Below, in pieces: positions 1 through 10,845 of a stretch of 64,000 bases of DNA (position 1 is the stretch's first letter; every line of letters begins with the position of its first letter). Under the pieces are notes generated by a model. It was given only the letters and a program-made list of their open reading frames with translations. It had not been told where the DNA came from and made no database searches. The stretch is from a bacterium (GTDB lineage Bacteria > UBA8248), in contig OZ253442.1 of the NCBI GenBank assembly GCA_965261085.1, forward strand, positions 3,264,001 to 3,328,000, in the 5' to 3' direction. The position numbers and the translations under genes were made by a program.

Positions 1-628
1 TGGCCATTTCATCTTTTTTGTTCGGAAATTCAAGCTCTAACGTAGGTTGCAGTCTCGATAAAATGTAATCCGGGACTTCGTATGTCGAGGCATCTTCATT
101 CATCGTTACACAGCAGCGAAAATCCGGGTGCGCCTTTACCGTGACACCAGCCACGATAGACTCCACATAACGACGATGATCGAGCAACGGAGCCAACGAG
201 GCCCAACTCTTTTCACTCATCCGGTTGCCCTCATCCAACACACAGACGCCTCCCCTTATCATCGCTGTGACAAGGGGGGATGCGTGATAAGCGATTTTTC
301 CCGCTTCCGCTAAGACAGGCGTGATCAAAAGATCCTCTGGGCGCGTATCAGAGGTACACTGAAATATGAACAGTTCCAAGTTTCTCTCCCGCGCCGCCGC
401 CATAGCCAGGGTCGTCTTTCCGATTCCAGGGGGACCAGTGATTCTCGGAGAAAGTGGAAAGTCCTCCTCCGCTACGACCATCCAGCAGGCCAGAAGCTGG
501 CGAAGCACTTCTTTCTGGCCGATCCACTCCTGATCGATATCGGTATGCCTGCTCAGATGCAAGGATACGCCTTCCATTTCAACTACTCTTGTCACTGAGT
601 CTTTGTTGCCAGATGTTTTATCGTGCAA
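1..628 (-). CDS. MoxR/NorQ-like AAA+ ATPase, runs off the left edge (not in the ORF track)
   Basis: Manual minus-strand translation gives Walker A GPPGIGKT and Walker [10 protein letters not shown]; probable TTG start at 628 preceded by AGGAG. Confidence 0.8.
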   Translation of the reverse strand, partial: MHDKTSGNKDSVTRVVEMEGVSLHLSRHTDIDQEWIGQKEVLRQLLACWMVVAEEDFPLSPRITGPPGIGKTTLAMAAARERNLELFIFQCTSDTRPEDLLITPVLAEAGKIAYHASPLVTAMIRGGVCVLDEGNRMSEKSWASLAPLLDHRRYVESIVAGVTVKAHPDFRCCVTMNEDASTYEVPDYILSRLQPTLELEFPNKKDEMA

Positions 629-698
629 AATCGACTCCTATTTCCAAAATCCCGCTTTGAAAGATCATGACATCTCACCCTTGTATCCAGGGCAAACC

Positions 699-1445
699 CT
701 AATCTGTAAAATACCCCCCGTTTACATCCAGAGCTTCTCCAGTGATATGCGCAGCTTCTTCGCTTGCAAGAAACAACGTGGCCGGCACCAATTCCGCAGC
801 CTTTGCGAACCTTCCCATCGGGTGTTTCGCCAGCGCTTTGTTGTACAAATCCGGTCCAAATTTTCGCATCAAATGCCCATCAATCGGCCCGGGGACCAAA
901 CAGTTCACGGTCACTTTGGTTTTCGCCAGTTCACGAGCCAGGTTAAACGTCATGGCCAAAATACCACCTTTTGAAGCGCCATACGTGAGATTATGGCCTA
1001 GCCCCCCCGATTTTCCGGCTCCAGAACCATATAAGATAATTCGCCCCGCCGGAGAATCCCTAAGTGCGGGCATTGCGCCTTGAATGCAAAAATAAGGAGC
1101 TAAAAGATTCACACGAAGTGCGCGCCTCCAATCAGATTCATCAAGTGAGAGTGGATCTTTCACCAACATATTCGCCGCCGTGTGAATAAAGATGTCGCAT
1201 CCACCCAGCCATGCAATTGCTTCTTTGCTCATGGCATTCACTTCATCAAAATTTTCCAAATCACAGGTTATTTTTTTCATCATTTCTTCGGGACCATTGA
1301 TAAGACGTAGTTTTTCCGAGCTTCGACTCGTGGCGACAACCTTTGCACCAGCATCCAGTAACCCCCCAACAAGTGCTTTACCTACATCGCCCGTGGCACC
1401 GGTCAGAAGCACCCTTTTGCCATGAAAATCAAAACGAAGCGTCAT
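699..1445 (-). CDS. SDR family oxidoreductase (FabG-like)
   Basis: TGATGDVG Rossmann motif, YGASK catalytic motif, C-terminal ITGEALDVNGG. Confidence 0.9.
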   Translation of the reverse strand: MTLRFDFHGKRVLLTGATGDVGKALVGGLLDAGAKVVATSRSSEKLRLINGPEEMMKKITCDLENFDEVNAMSKEAIAWLGGCDIFIHTAANMLVKDPLSLDESDWRRALRVNLLAPYFCIQGAMPALRDSPAGRIILYGSGAGKSGGLGHNLTYGASKGGILAMTFNLARELAKTKVTVNCLVPGPIDGHLMRKFGPDLYNKALAKHPMGRFAKAAELVPATLFLASEEAAHITGEALDVNGGYFTD

Positions 1446-1598
1446 CCTGTTTACCCCAAAACAAGCGCATAACTTTCAGCCAGTCCCTTCCCCTGATATA
1501 TATCGAATAAGATACAATATCGACTAAAGGATAGCATTCTTGATAAGGGATTATCTTTTAGCCGCTTCAGATGCAAAACAACACCGTGGAGAACACCC

Positions 1599-2864
1599 AT
1601 GAATTTGTTTGACGAACTGAAACTCCGCGGTTTGGTCCATGATCACACGGACCAGGCGGAAATGATGAGCGCATTACGAAAAGGTGGATTGAGCCTTTAT
1701 TGCGGCTTTGACCCCACGGCCGACAGTTTGCACATTGGAAATTTGGTTCCCATTACGGGACTCATGCGTTTTCAACGCGCAGGTCACCGGCCGATTGCCC
1801 TCATCGGCGGTGGAACCGGGATGATAGGAGACCCTTCGGGAAAATCAGAAGAAAGAAACCTCTTGAGCACAGAAATTTTAGAACACAACCTCAAGGGAAT
1901 CAGGGCCCAATTCGAGAGGTTCCTGGATTTTGATGCGGGTTCCAATTCTGCGCGTATGGTAAACAACGCGGAATGGCTAAACGAGGTCCGTCTCATCGAT
2001 TTTTTCCGCGATGTTGGCAAACATTTTTCTATCGGCTACATGATGGCGAAAGAATCCGTTAAGTCACGCATCGCCGAGGCAGGAATATCGTACACCGAGT
2101 TCAGCTACATGGCGCTCCAGGCATATGATTTTCTTCACCTGTTTGAAAAAGAGAACTGCACCTTACAAATCGGCGGTTCTGATCAATGGGGCAACATCAC
2201 GGCAGGCATCGAGCTTATCCGGCGTGTTCATGGAAAACCCGCTTGGGGAATGACTTTCCCCCTCATTACAACTTCTGACGGCAGAAAATTCGGTAAAACA
2301 GAAGAAGGAAATATCTGGCTGGACCCGAGGCGAACCAGTCCATATCGATTCTCTCAATATTGGATTCAGACAGACGATAGAGACGTCGGCAGGTTTTTAA
2401 GATACTTCACGTTCTTACCCATTGAGGAGATTGATGAGATTGAGAAAGAACACCTCAAGTCTCCGGAGAAACGAGCAGGACAACGCCGCCTTTCGCAGGA
2501 ACTGACGACGCTCGTACATGGCAGCGCCGCGGCGCGGAGCGTGGAGCGCGCCGCCAAGATTCTTTTTGGGGCTCAACTCGATGGCATCGAGAAAACTGAT
2601 TTGCTCTCCGCTGCAGAGGAAATGCCAAAGACTCTGCAATCAGGAGCACCACCATTTCCGCTAATAGAGATCCTGTTGGAAACAGGCCTTTCCAAGTCGA
2701 AATCTATGGCTCGAAAAGAATTAAATGGTGGCGGGATCTATGTGAATAATCACCGTATTACGAGTGAGAAAAGTGTATTATCTGATGATGATCTATTATT
2801 TGGTCAATACATTCTGCTTCGCAAGGGAAAAAAGAACTATCATCTGTTAGAATTTGAAAGGTAA
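1599..2864 (+). CDS. tyrS: Tyrosine-tRNA ligase
   Basis: YCGFDPTADSLHIGN (HIGH motif), QIGGSDQWGNI, KFGKT (KMSKS motif), C-terminal S4-like LRKGKK. Confidence 0.98.
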   Translation: MNLFDELKLRGLVHDHTDQAEMMSALRKGGLSLYCGFDPTADSLHIGNLVPITGLMRFQRAGHRPIALIGGGTGMIGDPSGKSEERNLLSTEILEHNLKGIRAQFERFLDFDAGSNSARMVNNAEWLNEVRLIDFFRDVGKHFSIGYMMAKESVKSRIAEAGISYTEFSYMALQAYDFLHLFEKENCTLQIGGSDQWGNITAGIELIRRVHGKPAWGMTFPLITTSDGRKFGKTEEGNIWLDPRRTSPYRFSQYWIQTDDRDVGRFLRYFTFLPIEEIDEIEKEHLKSPEKRAGQRRLSQELTTLVHGSAAARSVERAAKILFGAQLDGIEKTDLLSAAEEMPKTLQSGAPPFPLIEILLETGLSKSKSMARKELNGGGIYVNNHRITSEKSVLSDDDLLFGQYILLRKGKKNYHLLEFER

Positions 2865-3006
2865 ACATATACGGAAATCATCATTTGCCGCATTTTGGTA
2901 TAAGAGTTGAGTAAATCCCCTTGGAAACTCCGAGACATCTACAGATGGTGAAAATGAGCTTGCACATCAGACGGTGTTTCGGCTCTGCCGAAGCAACCCT
3001 TCAAAC

Positions 3007-4284
3007 ATGAATGAACGAAGAAGTCCGATCCAGGTCGAATATCATGACTTGCCTCCTGAGTTTCACCAGTGGAAATGGCGTGTCCTCATCGCCTTTTGTG
3101 TTTTCTATGCTTTTAATTATCTGGGCAGATTTAACTTCAGCTTGGTGCAATATGCAGTCATCCAAGATCTGGGCATTACACGAGTCGATACCGGATGGAT
3201 CAATTCATGGATGTTTTGGGGCTTCGCTTTAGGCGATTTGGTTTTCGGAAGAATCGCGGAAAAAGTAGGCTATCGAAACACCATTCTCTTCGCTTCAATC
3301 GCCACATCTCTATTCAATTTCATTGCTAGTTTTGGAAATTCCATCACCACGCTCGCCATACCTTGGGCGATGGTGGGTTTTGTGAACGCGGCCACCTGGG
3401 GGCCAGGACTTGGTCTGGTAGCGCAATGGTGGCCCAGACGAGAACGGGGGCAAGCGATTGGGCTCGTGGGAACAGCCGCCGGAATTGCGCTACTCATCGT
3501 TTGGGCGGTCGTACCCTGGGTGGCGGCTCAATATGGTTGGCGAGCCGCGATTCGCTACCCTCCCATGATCATCGCCGTTATGGGAATCATTTTTTATTTT
3601 GTCGCCAAAGACAAACCCTCTGAACTAAACCTCCCTGAGTATATAGAGTCGGATGACTTATCTCGCGAAGCAGAAGCAGCCGGCAGCGAGAGTGAACATG
3701 GGTTAAGGGCATATTTTCACTTGATGACCAATATGCGCTTCTTTTTGGCATGCCATGTGAAAGGACTGGACAATGTGGTTCGCTACGGTGTCGTCTCGTG
3801 GGCGCCTTTGTATTACGCCCAAGTTGGTGGATTCAACTTAAAACAGATGGGTTTGCTGACCTTCGCTTATCCTTTAGGATATTTGTTTGGTCCCATATTC
3901 GGTGGAATCATTTCTGATCGATTCTTCAAGAGCAATCGGTCCATCGTCATTATGCTCGCCGCTATTCTGAGCGCTGCCGCGATGATGGGAATCGCCTATG
4001 CACCCGCCGACAACATTCCTCTTGCCGTCATTTTGCTCATCGTCGGTGGGTTTTGCGTCAACATGTCTACTGTACAGGCGCTGGGTGTAGACCTTGCTGG
4101 CCGGCGATTGGCCGGAACCGCGGCAGGTGTATTGGATGCCCATGGATATGTTTATGGCGCGCTTCAAGCCATATTCTTTGGATGGCTATCTCTCGCTGTT
4201 TCGAACGGATGGTTTTGGGTGTTCATTGCCATGGCGTCCAGTCGACTCATTGCGGTAGTACTCGTCTGGAGAGTGCGGGCATAA
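3007..4284 (+). CDS. MFS transporter, OPA/GlpT-like
   Basis: About 12 hydrophobic segments; YLGRFNFS, WWPRRERG and AGTAAGVLD motifs; ATG at 3007 preferred over GTG at 2974. Confidence 0.85.
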   Translation: MNERRSPIQVEYHDLPPEFHQWKWRVLIAFCVFYAFNYLGRFNFSLVQYAVIQDLGITRVDTGWINSWMFWGFALGDLVFGRIAEKVGYRNTILFASIATSLFNFIASFGNSITTLAIPWAMVGFVNAATWGPGLGLVAQWWPRRERGQAIGLVGTAAGIALLIVWAVVPWVAAQYGWRAAIRYPPMIIAVMGIIFYFVAKDKPSELNLPEYIESDDLSREAEAAGSESEHGLRAYFHLMTNMRFFLACHVKGLDNVVRYGVVSWAPLYYAQVGGFNLKQMGLLTFAYPLGYLFGPIFGGIISDRFFKSNRSIVIMLAAILSAAAMMGIAYAPADNIPLAVILLIVGGFCVNMSTVQALGVDLAGRRLAGTAAGVLDAHGYVYGALQAIFFGWLSLAVSNGWFWVFIAMASSRLIAVVLVWRVRA

Positions 4285-4337
4285 ACGGGCAATTTTCCTC
4301 AGGAAAGTTGAGAGGCCTGTATTATCGAGCTTAACTA

Positions 4338-5612
4338 TCAGTTCTCATTTCCCCGATTTATGCCTTTTAATATTTCCAACCGAATCTTGTTTTCATCACT
4401 TGCGAATTTTTCCTCCAAAAAAGAAAGTAGGCGTTGAACCCAAATCGCTCGGTGCTCTTGTGACGTCACCAAATAAAAAGACACCCCGAAACGCCAATTC
4501 TTGTCCGTCCCTCGGACGATGATGTCCAGTCGAACATCATCCTGACTCGCCAAATACAGAGCTGCCAAAAGGTCTTTCCCATTATCCAGATCGAACAGAA
4601 ATGATTTTTTCGTTCCATCTCCGAATCGAATATTCAAACCCAGCGTAGTCGAATCCGTCCATTCTGGGGAATCAAATACGACTGAAAGCAATTCAGGGGA
4701 AGCAGAAGCATCAACACCAACCACGATATAAGTTTCACCACCCACGGCGAATCTCGCTGATGAGAGAACACCGCCTTCATGATTTTTTTCGCTTAAGAAA
4801 TCTTTCAACCAATCAGGCAATCTCTCCCGTCCGGGGTAAGCCGTGGGCGTTTCGCCTTCATTCAACAATTGGAGTTTGTTCGCCCAAGCGAGCAAAGAAA
4901 CCAACAATGGCGGCGCAGGACGCAGAATTTCCGACTCCCATGGCGTAATGCCTACCATGGCGCCATCAAGGCTTCTCATCAATTCAGCCTGCACATCTTC
5001 CCACGCCATGATTCGCTCGATATCTTCTCCAGCTTCAATGGAAATCCTCAAACCCTCTATCGCCGCTAAACGACGAACCATTTCGAATAGATGATAATTT
5101 TCTTCTACATCTACAAACATTTTCCGGGCTTCGGTGACATTGTCGGTTAAACCATTATCATCAAGCCATGAATCCAAATTCATCGGCAGGGGAAGCAAAC
5201 CGATATTCGGAGCACTGGAGCGTCTCCAAAGGCCGCGAGCGCCTTCCAGCGTAGCACTCGCGGCCGGCTCCGTGTGAATCCCCCAAACATCGGACAGTTC
5301 TTTTCGTATGGCATCTTCACCCACACCGTCGTCAAGCATGTTCGCCAAACGCCGGAGCAACAAGCTGAAAAACGCGGTTTGCGCCTTCACCATAGAGGAC
5401 AATTTTCCGCGTCTCGACGTAAGAGACGTCAGCATCAGATATAAGGTCCCGACCTCCGGAATTGCGCCCTGAGCACCAAATAGCGTCGTCAGTTTCTCCA
5501 GGCGCTGAAGGACAAACCCCAACTCTTCACCGGCCAGCAACTTCAAATGGATAAAAGAAATCGGGAGAGCCTGCTCGGGCAAAATGGGCTCTGCCTGGGG
5601 AGGAAAAAGCAT
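4338..5612 (-). CDS. Hypothetical protein, 424 aa
   Basis: Long ORF with protein-like composition; no motif recognised. Confidence 0.7.
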   Translation of the reverse strand: MLFPPQAEPILPEQALPISFIHLKLLAGEELGFVLQRLEKLTTLFGAQGAIPEVGTLYLMLTSLTSRRGKLSSMVKAQTAFFSLLLRRLANMLDDGVGEDAIRKELSDVWGIHTEPAASATLEGARGLWRRSSAPNIGLLPLPMNLDSWLDDNGLTDNVTEARKMFVDVEENYHLFEMVRRLAAIEGLRISIEAGEDIERIMAWEDVQAELMRSLDGAMVGITPWESEILRPAPPLLVSLLAWANKLQLLNEGETPTAYPGRERLPDWLKDFLSEKNHEGGVLSSARFAVGGETYIVVGVDASASPELLSVVFDSPEWTDSTTLGLNIRFGDGTKKSFLFDLDNGKDLLAALYLASQDDVRLDIIVRGTDKNWRFGVSFYLVTSQEHRAIWVQRLLSFLEEKFASDENKIRLEILKGINRGNEN

Positions 5613-5731
5613 TTAGGTGAAATTTTGTCTGATTTGCTCGCCTACGTCTCCAAAATTCTCACGCAGGTAATGCTCACAAGACGACTCCCACCAATCGTAA
5701 AACAAACTTTGCCGCACAGTTGGAGACATCC

Positions 5732-5950
5732 TTATTCGCTCTCGGATATGGATGAATGTTCCTGCTCACCGATTGACGGGGCATGCGCCTTCTTCTGGAG
5801 CAAACGCCCGAGAGAAAACAAAATCACCGCAGAACCTAAAATGATGAGTTGGATGGCGTAGGCCGAGGGATTCGAAATACCTATGAACAAGGCAATGCCA
5901 CAATCCACCATGGCGAGAATTTGGAGGGCACGTCCCAAGCCATACATCAA
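5732..5950 (-). CDS. Small two-TM membrane protein
   Basis: Two hydrophobic helices; start overlaps the stop of the upstream aminotransferase. Confidence 0.65.
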   Translation of the reverse strand: MMYGLGRALQILAMVDCGIALFIGISNPSAYAIQLIILGSAVILFSLGRLLQKKAHAPSIGEQEHSSISESE

Positions 5951-7143
5951 CCAAGTTGTCCCAAGGCCGCTCTGATTCGTTCAATCCCTTCTTTTACGTT
6001 CTCCAGGGATGTCGCATAGGAGAACCGCACGTAATCGTCGGCGCCGAATCCGGCGCCGGGCACGCCGGCGCAGTGCGCGTGTTCGAGGAGGTACAGCCCC
6101 ACATCCATTGAATTTTTTAATACTCCATCCGGCCCCTGACGCCCGAATACGCCGCTCACCCGCGGGAAGGCGTAAAACGCGCCCTTGGGGTTCACGACGC
6201 TCATCCCCTCGATTCCGTTGAATCCCTCGACGATCGCCTGTCTTCTCGCGTCGTATTGCGCCAGCCATTCGTTCAGGAATTCGTGCGGTCCCCTGAGGGC
6301 CGCAATCCCGCCGTATTGAGCGAAGGAAGTGGCGTTGCTCGTGCTCTGGCCCTGCAATGTGTCCATGGCCTCGATGATTTCAGGCCTTGCGAGCGTATAC
6401 CCCATCCGCCAGCCCGTCATCGCATACGTTTTCGAGAACCCGTCCAAAACCAGCGTCCGCGCCTTCATTTCGGGAGAGAAACTCGCGATAGATACATGCT
6501 CCTCGCCGTCATAGGTGATTTTCCCGTAAATCTCATCGGACATGACCATCGCGTCGGTGGATAAAACCACTTCGGCAATCGCCTCGAGTTCCCCGCGGCT
6601 ATATACGCAGCCCGAAGGGTTGCACGGGCTGTTGAGAACCACGATTTTCGTGCGCTCGGTGATGGCTGCGCGCAACTGCTCGGCCGTCATCTTATGGCCG
6701 TTTTCCTCACTCGTCTCAACCAGAACCGGTTTCGCCCCGGTCAGGGTGGCGACGGGCTCGTACGCCACCCAGATGGGCGCCGGGATGACGACTTCATCGC
6801 CCTCCTCGACGAGGACATGCAAGGCGTTGAAGACCGACTGCTTCCCGCCAACGGTGACGATCACTTCCGTTTTCGGGTCATATCGAAGGCCCTTGTGCTC
6901 TTCGGCCCAATCGCTAATCGCCTCTCGCAAGGAGGGGATGCCCCGAACCGCCGTGTATTTCGTGGCGCCGTCACGCAGACCCTGGATGGCTCCTTCCTTG
7001 ATGTGTTCTGGGGTATCGAAATCAGGCTCTCCCGCAGCGAACGAGATCACGTCGAAGCCTTGCGCTTTCATTTCCGCCGCCTTGGTATTCATCGCCAGTG
7101 TCGGAATGGGAGGCAACTTGCTCATTCGGGATGCAAAACGCAT
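5947..7143 (-). CDS. PLP-dependent class I/II aminotransferase (aspartate aminotransferase-like)
   Basis: GEPDFDTP, NSPCNPSG, SDEIY, SKTYAMTGWRMG; likely start MRFASR at 7143. Confidence 0.93.
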   Translation of the reverse strand: MRFASRMSKLPPIPTLAMNTKAAEMKAQGFDVISFAAGEPDFDTPEHIKEGAIQGLRDGATKYTAVRGIPSLREAISDWAEEHKGLRYDPKTEVIVTVGGKQSVFNALHVLVEEGDEVVIPAPIWVAYEPVATLTGAKPVLVETSEENGHKMTAEQLRAAITERTKIVVLNSPCNPSGCVYSRGELEAIAEVVLSTDAMVMSDEIYGKITYDGEEHVSIASFSPEMKARTLVLDGFSKTYAMTGWRMGYTLARPEIIEAMDTLQGQSTSNATSFAQYGGIAALRGPHEFLNEWLAQYDARRQAIVEGFNGIEGMSVVNPKGAFYAFPRVSGVFGRQGPDGVLKNSMDVGLYLLEHAHCAGVPGAGFGADDYVRFSYATSLENVKEGIERIRAALGQLG

Positions 7144-7171
7144 GAGAAACTCCAGGGTTAGAAAATGGATA

Positions 7172-7672
7172 CTAGCTGCGAAAACGCTCTCCGAGCGCAT
7201 CGCGGACGGATGGGGATACGTGCTCACTCACGTCTCCGCCGAGAGAGGCGACTTCCTTTACGAGGCTGGAACTGAGGAAACTGTATTGTTCGCTGGGCAT
7301 GAGGAAAATCGTTTCGATCTTCTCGTTCAGCCTTCTGTTCATGAGCGTCATCTGCATTTCATAATCAAAATCACTCACGGCGCGAAGGCCGCGAATGATG
7401 GCCTGGGCATTCACGTTCACGGCGAAATCCACGAGTAATTCACGCTCGAAACTCGTGATCTCGAGCTGGTTCGACCCCCTGAATTCTTCGAGGAAGAAAT
7501 TCTTGCGCTCCTCGAAACTGAACAAGGGCGCTTTCGAGGGGTGAACGGAAATGGCTACGGTAACTTTCGCAAAAAGCTTCTGGCTCCTTCGAACGACGTC
7601 GAAATGCCCTTTCGTCGGCGGATCGAAGGTTCCCGGGTATACCGCGTGACTTTCCATGAAAACAAACCTCAT
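7172..7672 (-). CDS. coaD: Pantetheine-phosphate adenylyltransferase
   Basis: YPGTFDPPTKGH, IIRGLRAVSDFDYE, SSSLVKE. Confidence 0.96.
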   Translation of the reverse strand: MRFVFMESHAVYPGTFDPPTKGHFDVVRRSQKLFAKVTVAISVHPSKAPLFSFEERKNFFLEEFRGSNQLEITSFERELLVDFAVNVNAQAIIRGLRAVSDFDYEMQMTLMNRRLNEKIETIFLMPSEQYSFLSSSLVKEVASLGGDVSEHVSPSVRDALGERFRS

Positions 7673-7911
7673 CGAGAACGTAAAATCTACCCTTTTCTAG
7701 GGAAAATGGCTGATTCCCTGCGTGAAATCCGCGTTAAAGCTAGTCTCTTTGGATATCTCGTGTCAACTTGACGAATGAAAACGCTGCGAGGGGAGCCTGT
7801 CGGGGGCTTGGCTTCATTGCGTCCACATTCATTGACGGATTCCGTGGCCCCGATTGAAAATTTTCTCGTCAGGCCGGGCGAGGCGGCGCCCCGCATCCAT
7901 GGGGGAATATC

Positions 7912-8499
7912 CTAAGATTTCAAAACCTCCCGCACCATGTGGCTGATTTCGGGAAGGATAATTTTTTCCATCCCCGTGCGGCAGGCGTTCCCCGAGCCGG
8001 GAAGCGTCATGATGATCGTGTCCCGGCAAGTCCCCGCCGTTGCGCGGGTGAGCATGGCGGCCGTGCCGATATCCTCGAAACTCACGTGACGAAACAACTC
8101 GCCGAAGCCGGGCATTTCCTTCTCCAGAATGGAAACGACGACGTCATACGTCGTATCCCGCTTGGTGATGCCCGTACCCCCGTTCGATATCACTACCTGG
8201 ATATCAGGATTCGCACACGCCTCGAGCAGGGACTCGCGAATCTGGGTCGGCTCATCCTTCACGATGCGGTAAAAAGATACCTGATGGCCCATGTCGCGCA
8301 GCATGTTCATAATCAGCTTTCCGCTCGTATCGGTTTCTTCCGTGCGCGTATCGCTCACCGTAAGCACGCCGCACGTAACGGCGTCCGGCCCCTCGGCGCG
8401 GTGTTCTTCAAAAGTTTTCAGATTGGCCGCCTGCTCGACTTCCCGGCGGGATGGACCCTCACTCTGGTTCATTCTCATCTCCTGCCCTTCGGTTTTCAT
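7912..8499 (-). CDS. moaB: Molybdenum cofactor biosynthesis protein, MoaB/MogA family
   Basis: LTVSDTRT, GGTGITKRDTT, PGFGELFR, LPGS. Confidence 0.9.
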   Translation of the reverse strand: MKTEGQEMRMNQSEGPSRREVEQAANLKTFEEHRAEGPDAVTCGVLTVSDTRTEETDTSGKLIMNMLRDMGHQVSFYRIVKDEPTQIRESLLEACANPDIQVVISNGGTGITKRDTTYDVVVSILEKEMPGFGELFRHVSFEDIGTAAMLTRATAGTCRDTIIMTLPGSGNACRTGMEKIILPEISHMVREVLKS

Positions 8500-8651
8500 C
8501 CATATCCGATTTATGGGCTCACGCCCGAGAACAAAAGAACCGGAGAATGAATTCTCCGGCTCTTCTCGAGGCTTGTGACAATTCCGTCAAGAGCGACCAC
8601 AGGGAGTTCGCCTCTCCTCCCCGGCAGGCTCGCCGCGTGCGCCCCCGGAAC

Positions 8652-8951
8652 TTATTTCATCATTTTCTTCATCATTTTCTTCTTTTTGAAGCCCTTGGCC
8701 ATCATGCACGAATCGAACTTGCTCACCTCATACGTCGTCTCGGAGCTGACCGCGGCTGGGCCGCCTTTGGCCTTCGCATCGTAGATGAACTCTTCCTTCA
8801 CCGCGCAACCCTTCAGGTCCTTCACCGCCTGGTCCATCTTTACGCCTACGCCGCGCTTCACCCAAACCTGGTGCTGGGGCGGCGTGCATCCCGCTACCAC
8901 AAAAACCATCCCGACCGCCAGAAAGATACCAGCCATTTTTCGCATGAGTCG
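8652..8951 (-). CDS. Small putative lipoprotein
   Basis: Basic N-terminus, hydrophobic stretch and VAGC lipobox; two further Cys; Lys/Met-rich tail; start uncertain. Confidence 0.6.
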   Translation of the reverse strand, partial: RLMRKMAGIFLAVGMVFVVAGCTPPQHQVWVKRGVGVKMDQAVKDLKGCAVKEEFIYDAKAKGGPAAVSSETTYEVSKFDSCMMAKGFKKKKMMKKMMK

Positions 8952-9139
8952 CATTCTCCCCATAAAATCAATGCCCCGCCCGTTTCCTGTATCCCGCGAG
9001 GTCAAAACGCTCTTCTATCAAGACAAATCAAAATTTACCATTCTATTTCCTCATCGTCCAATACAAAATACAGTAGCACTCCGCGCGGTCAAAATCGAGT
9101 CCGTACGCCAACAATTCCTCCCCGCGAATCCGCGCATCA

Positions 9140-9323
9140 TCCATCAACGCCTGATTCCGCCCCGACCAGAGGAGAATACACTCTAACTCCATATATATCA
9201 ATAGGTTATACTTTTATTTTTTTATCGAAAAACCCCGTGAATTTATCGAATTTTATCGTATTTTTCAGAAATTCCCTCGGCCCGAACGAGCCGAGTCGCT
9301 CCGCCATCATACCCGCGCTCTCC
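9140..9323 (-). repeat. Island boundary element, copy 1 (att-arm-like), inverted relative to copies 2 and 3
   Basis: Reverse complement matches 42655-42815 and 61765-61928; IHF consensus TATCAATAGGTTA at 9196-9208; repeated CGATAAA. Confidence 0.85.
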
Positions 9324-9353
9324 GGCGCTGGAAACGATTCGCCGGGAGGGGCC

Positions 9354-9760
9354 ATGCCCAAATAAATCGAGCACAGGCTTACCAAACGCGCCGTCGATGC
9401 GCTAAGCGTCGAGTCGAAAGACGCCATGTTCTGGGACAGGGATCTGGCCGGTTTCGGAGTCCGGGTCCACGCCACGGGCAGGAAGGTCTACGTGGTGCAG
9501 TCCCGTGGACCGTGGGGGCCCAAACGCGTGACGCTGGGCCGCCACAGCGAAATATCGGCCGATGAGGCGAGGAAGCGGGCGGCCGGCGTAATTGACCACA
9601 TCAAGCGGGGCGAGGACCCCATCCCCTGCACCGTCTGAGGGAGAACTTACACTGTCTGCCCTGGCCGAGCGCTTCATGCGCGTCCATGTAAGCATGCACT
9701 GTAAGCCGGACACCGCCGCGGCGTACCGCTTCGTCCTTAAAAATCACATCCCGCTGGCGC
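9354..9760 (+). pseudogene. Tyrosine integrase N-terminal remnant (arm-binding domain, P4-like)
   Basis: MPK*..LTKRAVDAL..FWDRDLAGFGVRVHATGRKVYVVQSR..RVTLGRH; stop at codon 4, frameshift near 9625, truncated. Confidence 0.85.
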
Positions 9761-10203
9761 AGTGGCGATGGACGCAGACGCGGCGCCCGGAACAACGGAG
9801 GCTGATAGTTGAGCATCGACGATAAAGGTATTACGACTTCTGATTCGTAAGACCACCCCAAAGAATCCATAGAAAACTCTTGGCGTAGTATCTACGCCTT
9901 GCGGACAGGCCCTCGCCTTCTTGCGGGGTGGGTTCGTCTCGCGTGATTTGCTGCTGTTCCTTCTCTGCAACATCTCTCGCTCTTAAAACCACCTCTCTGA
10001 CCTGAATGATGGGAGGTGCGCTTCCGCGCAGCCATTGGCGTCCGTGTATGGCAGGGAGTGAGTGGGCGATGAGAAAGAGGGCATTTTGGGTTGGGGGTCC
10101 TTGATACATTGACTTAGCATTAATGTGGAGTTAATGTAATTACATTGATTTTTGTTTCTTGAGAACGCGGGTTTTTTTTTGCCCACATAGGAGAATAAAA
10201 CCC

Positions 10204-10845
10204 ATGGATCAGTTCATGCACAGAGGAAACATAATTGAAATTTCTGAAGAAAAAGAGTTGGATGTAAAGATCAATGGTCAACAAATAGTCATAGAATCAA
10301 ATAAAGACTCGTCTCTCTTCTTTTCTCCTTTATCCTTTTTCGACGCTACTTCTCCAACTGATTTGGCATGTGCAATAATCGACGAACAGTTGGCGCTTGA
10401 TGAACCCGACATCCAAATCAATGACACCAAACCCAAGCTCGATATTAGACGAAATCTTGCTGAACTTCCGGATAACGACCGAGATAAATTTCGTGACGCT
10501 GTATTTCTTCTCAAAGAACGAGGGGAATACGACAAGTACATAAAATTTCATGGGTTTACGAACAATCTTGGACATTCTGGCCCAGCGTTCTTTGCATGGC
10601 ATCGAGTTTTCCTCCGCAAATTCGAACTCGAACTTCAGCAATTGGACCAACAGTACGAAGACGTCACATTGCCCTATTGGGATTACACAAGCCCCAACGT
10701 GGATGATCATGGTAATTCCAAGAATTGGCGAGACGATTTTTTTGGTGCCAATGGGGTCGTGAGCCTGAAGTGGACTGGCAAGGACGGTAGCGAGAAGAAG
10801 TGGATACTTCCAGGTTACCAGACAGAAAACACCCTCATGCCAATG
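10204..10845 (+). pseudogene. Tyrosinase-family protein truncated before the CuB site, with a caddie-like N-terminal domain
   Basis: CuA region H..GHSGPAFFAWHR and TLPYWDY; low-GC coding sequence ends near 10845 and reads into unrelated DNA. Confidence 0.8.

Noticed and set aside
9275-9306. tRNA-like 3' end (..CTCCGCCA) next to the integrase remnant
   Set aside because: No T-loop GTTCGA or cloverleaf could be built; kept only as part of the boundary element
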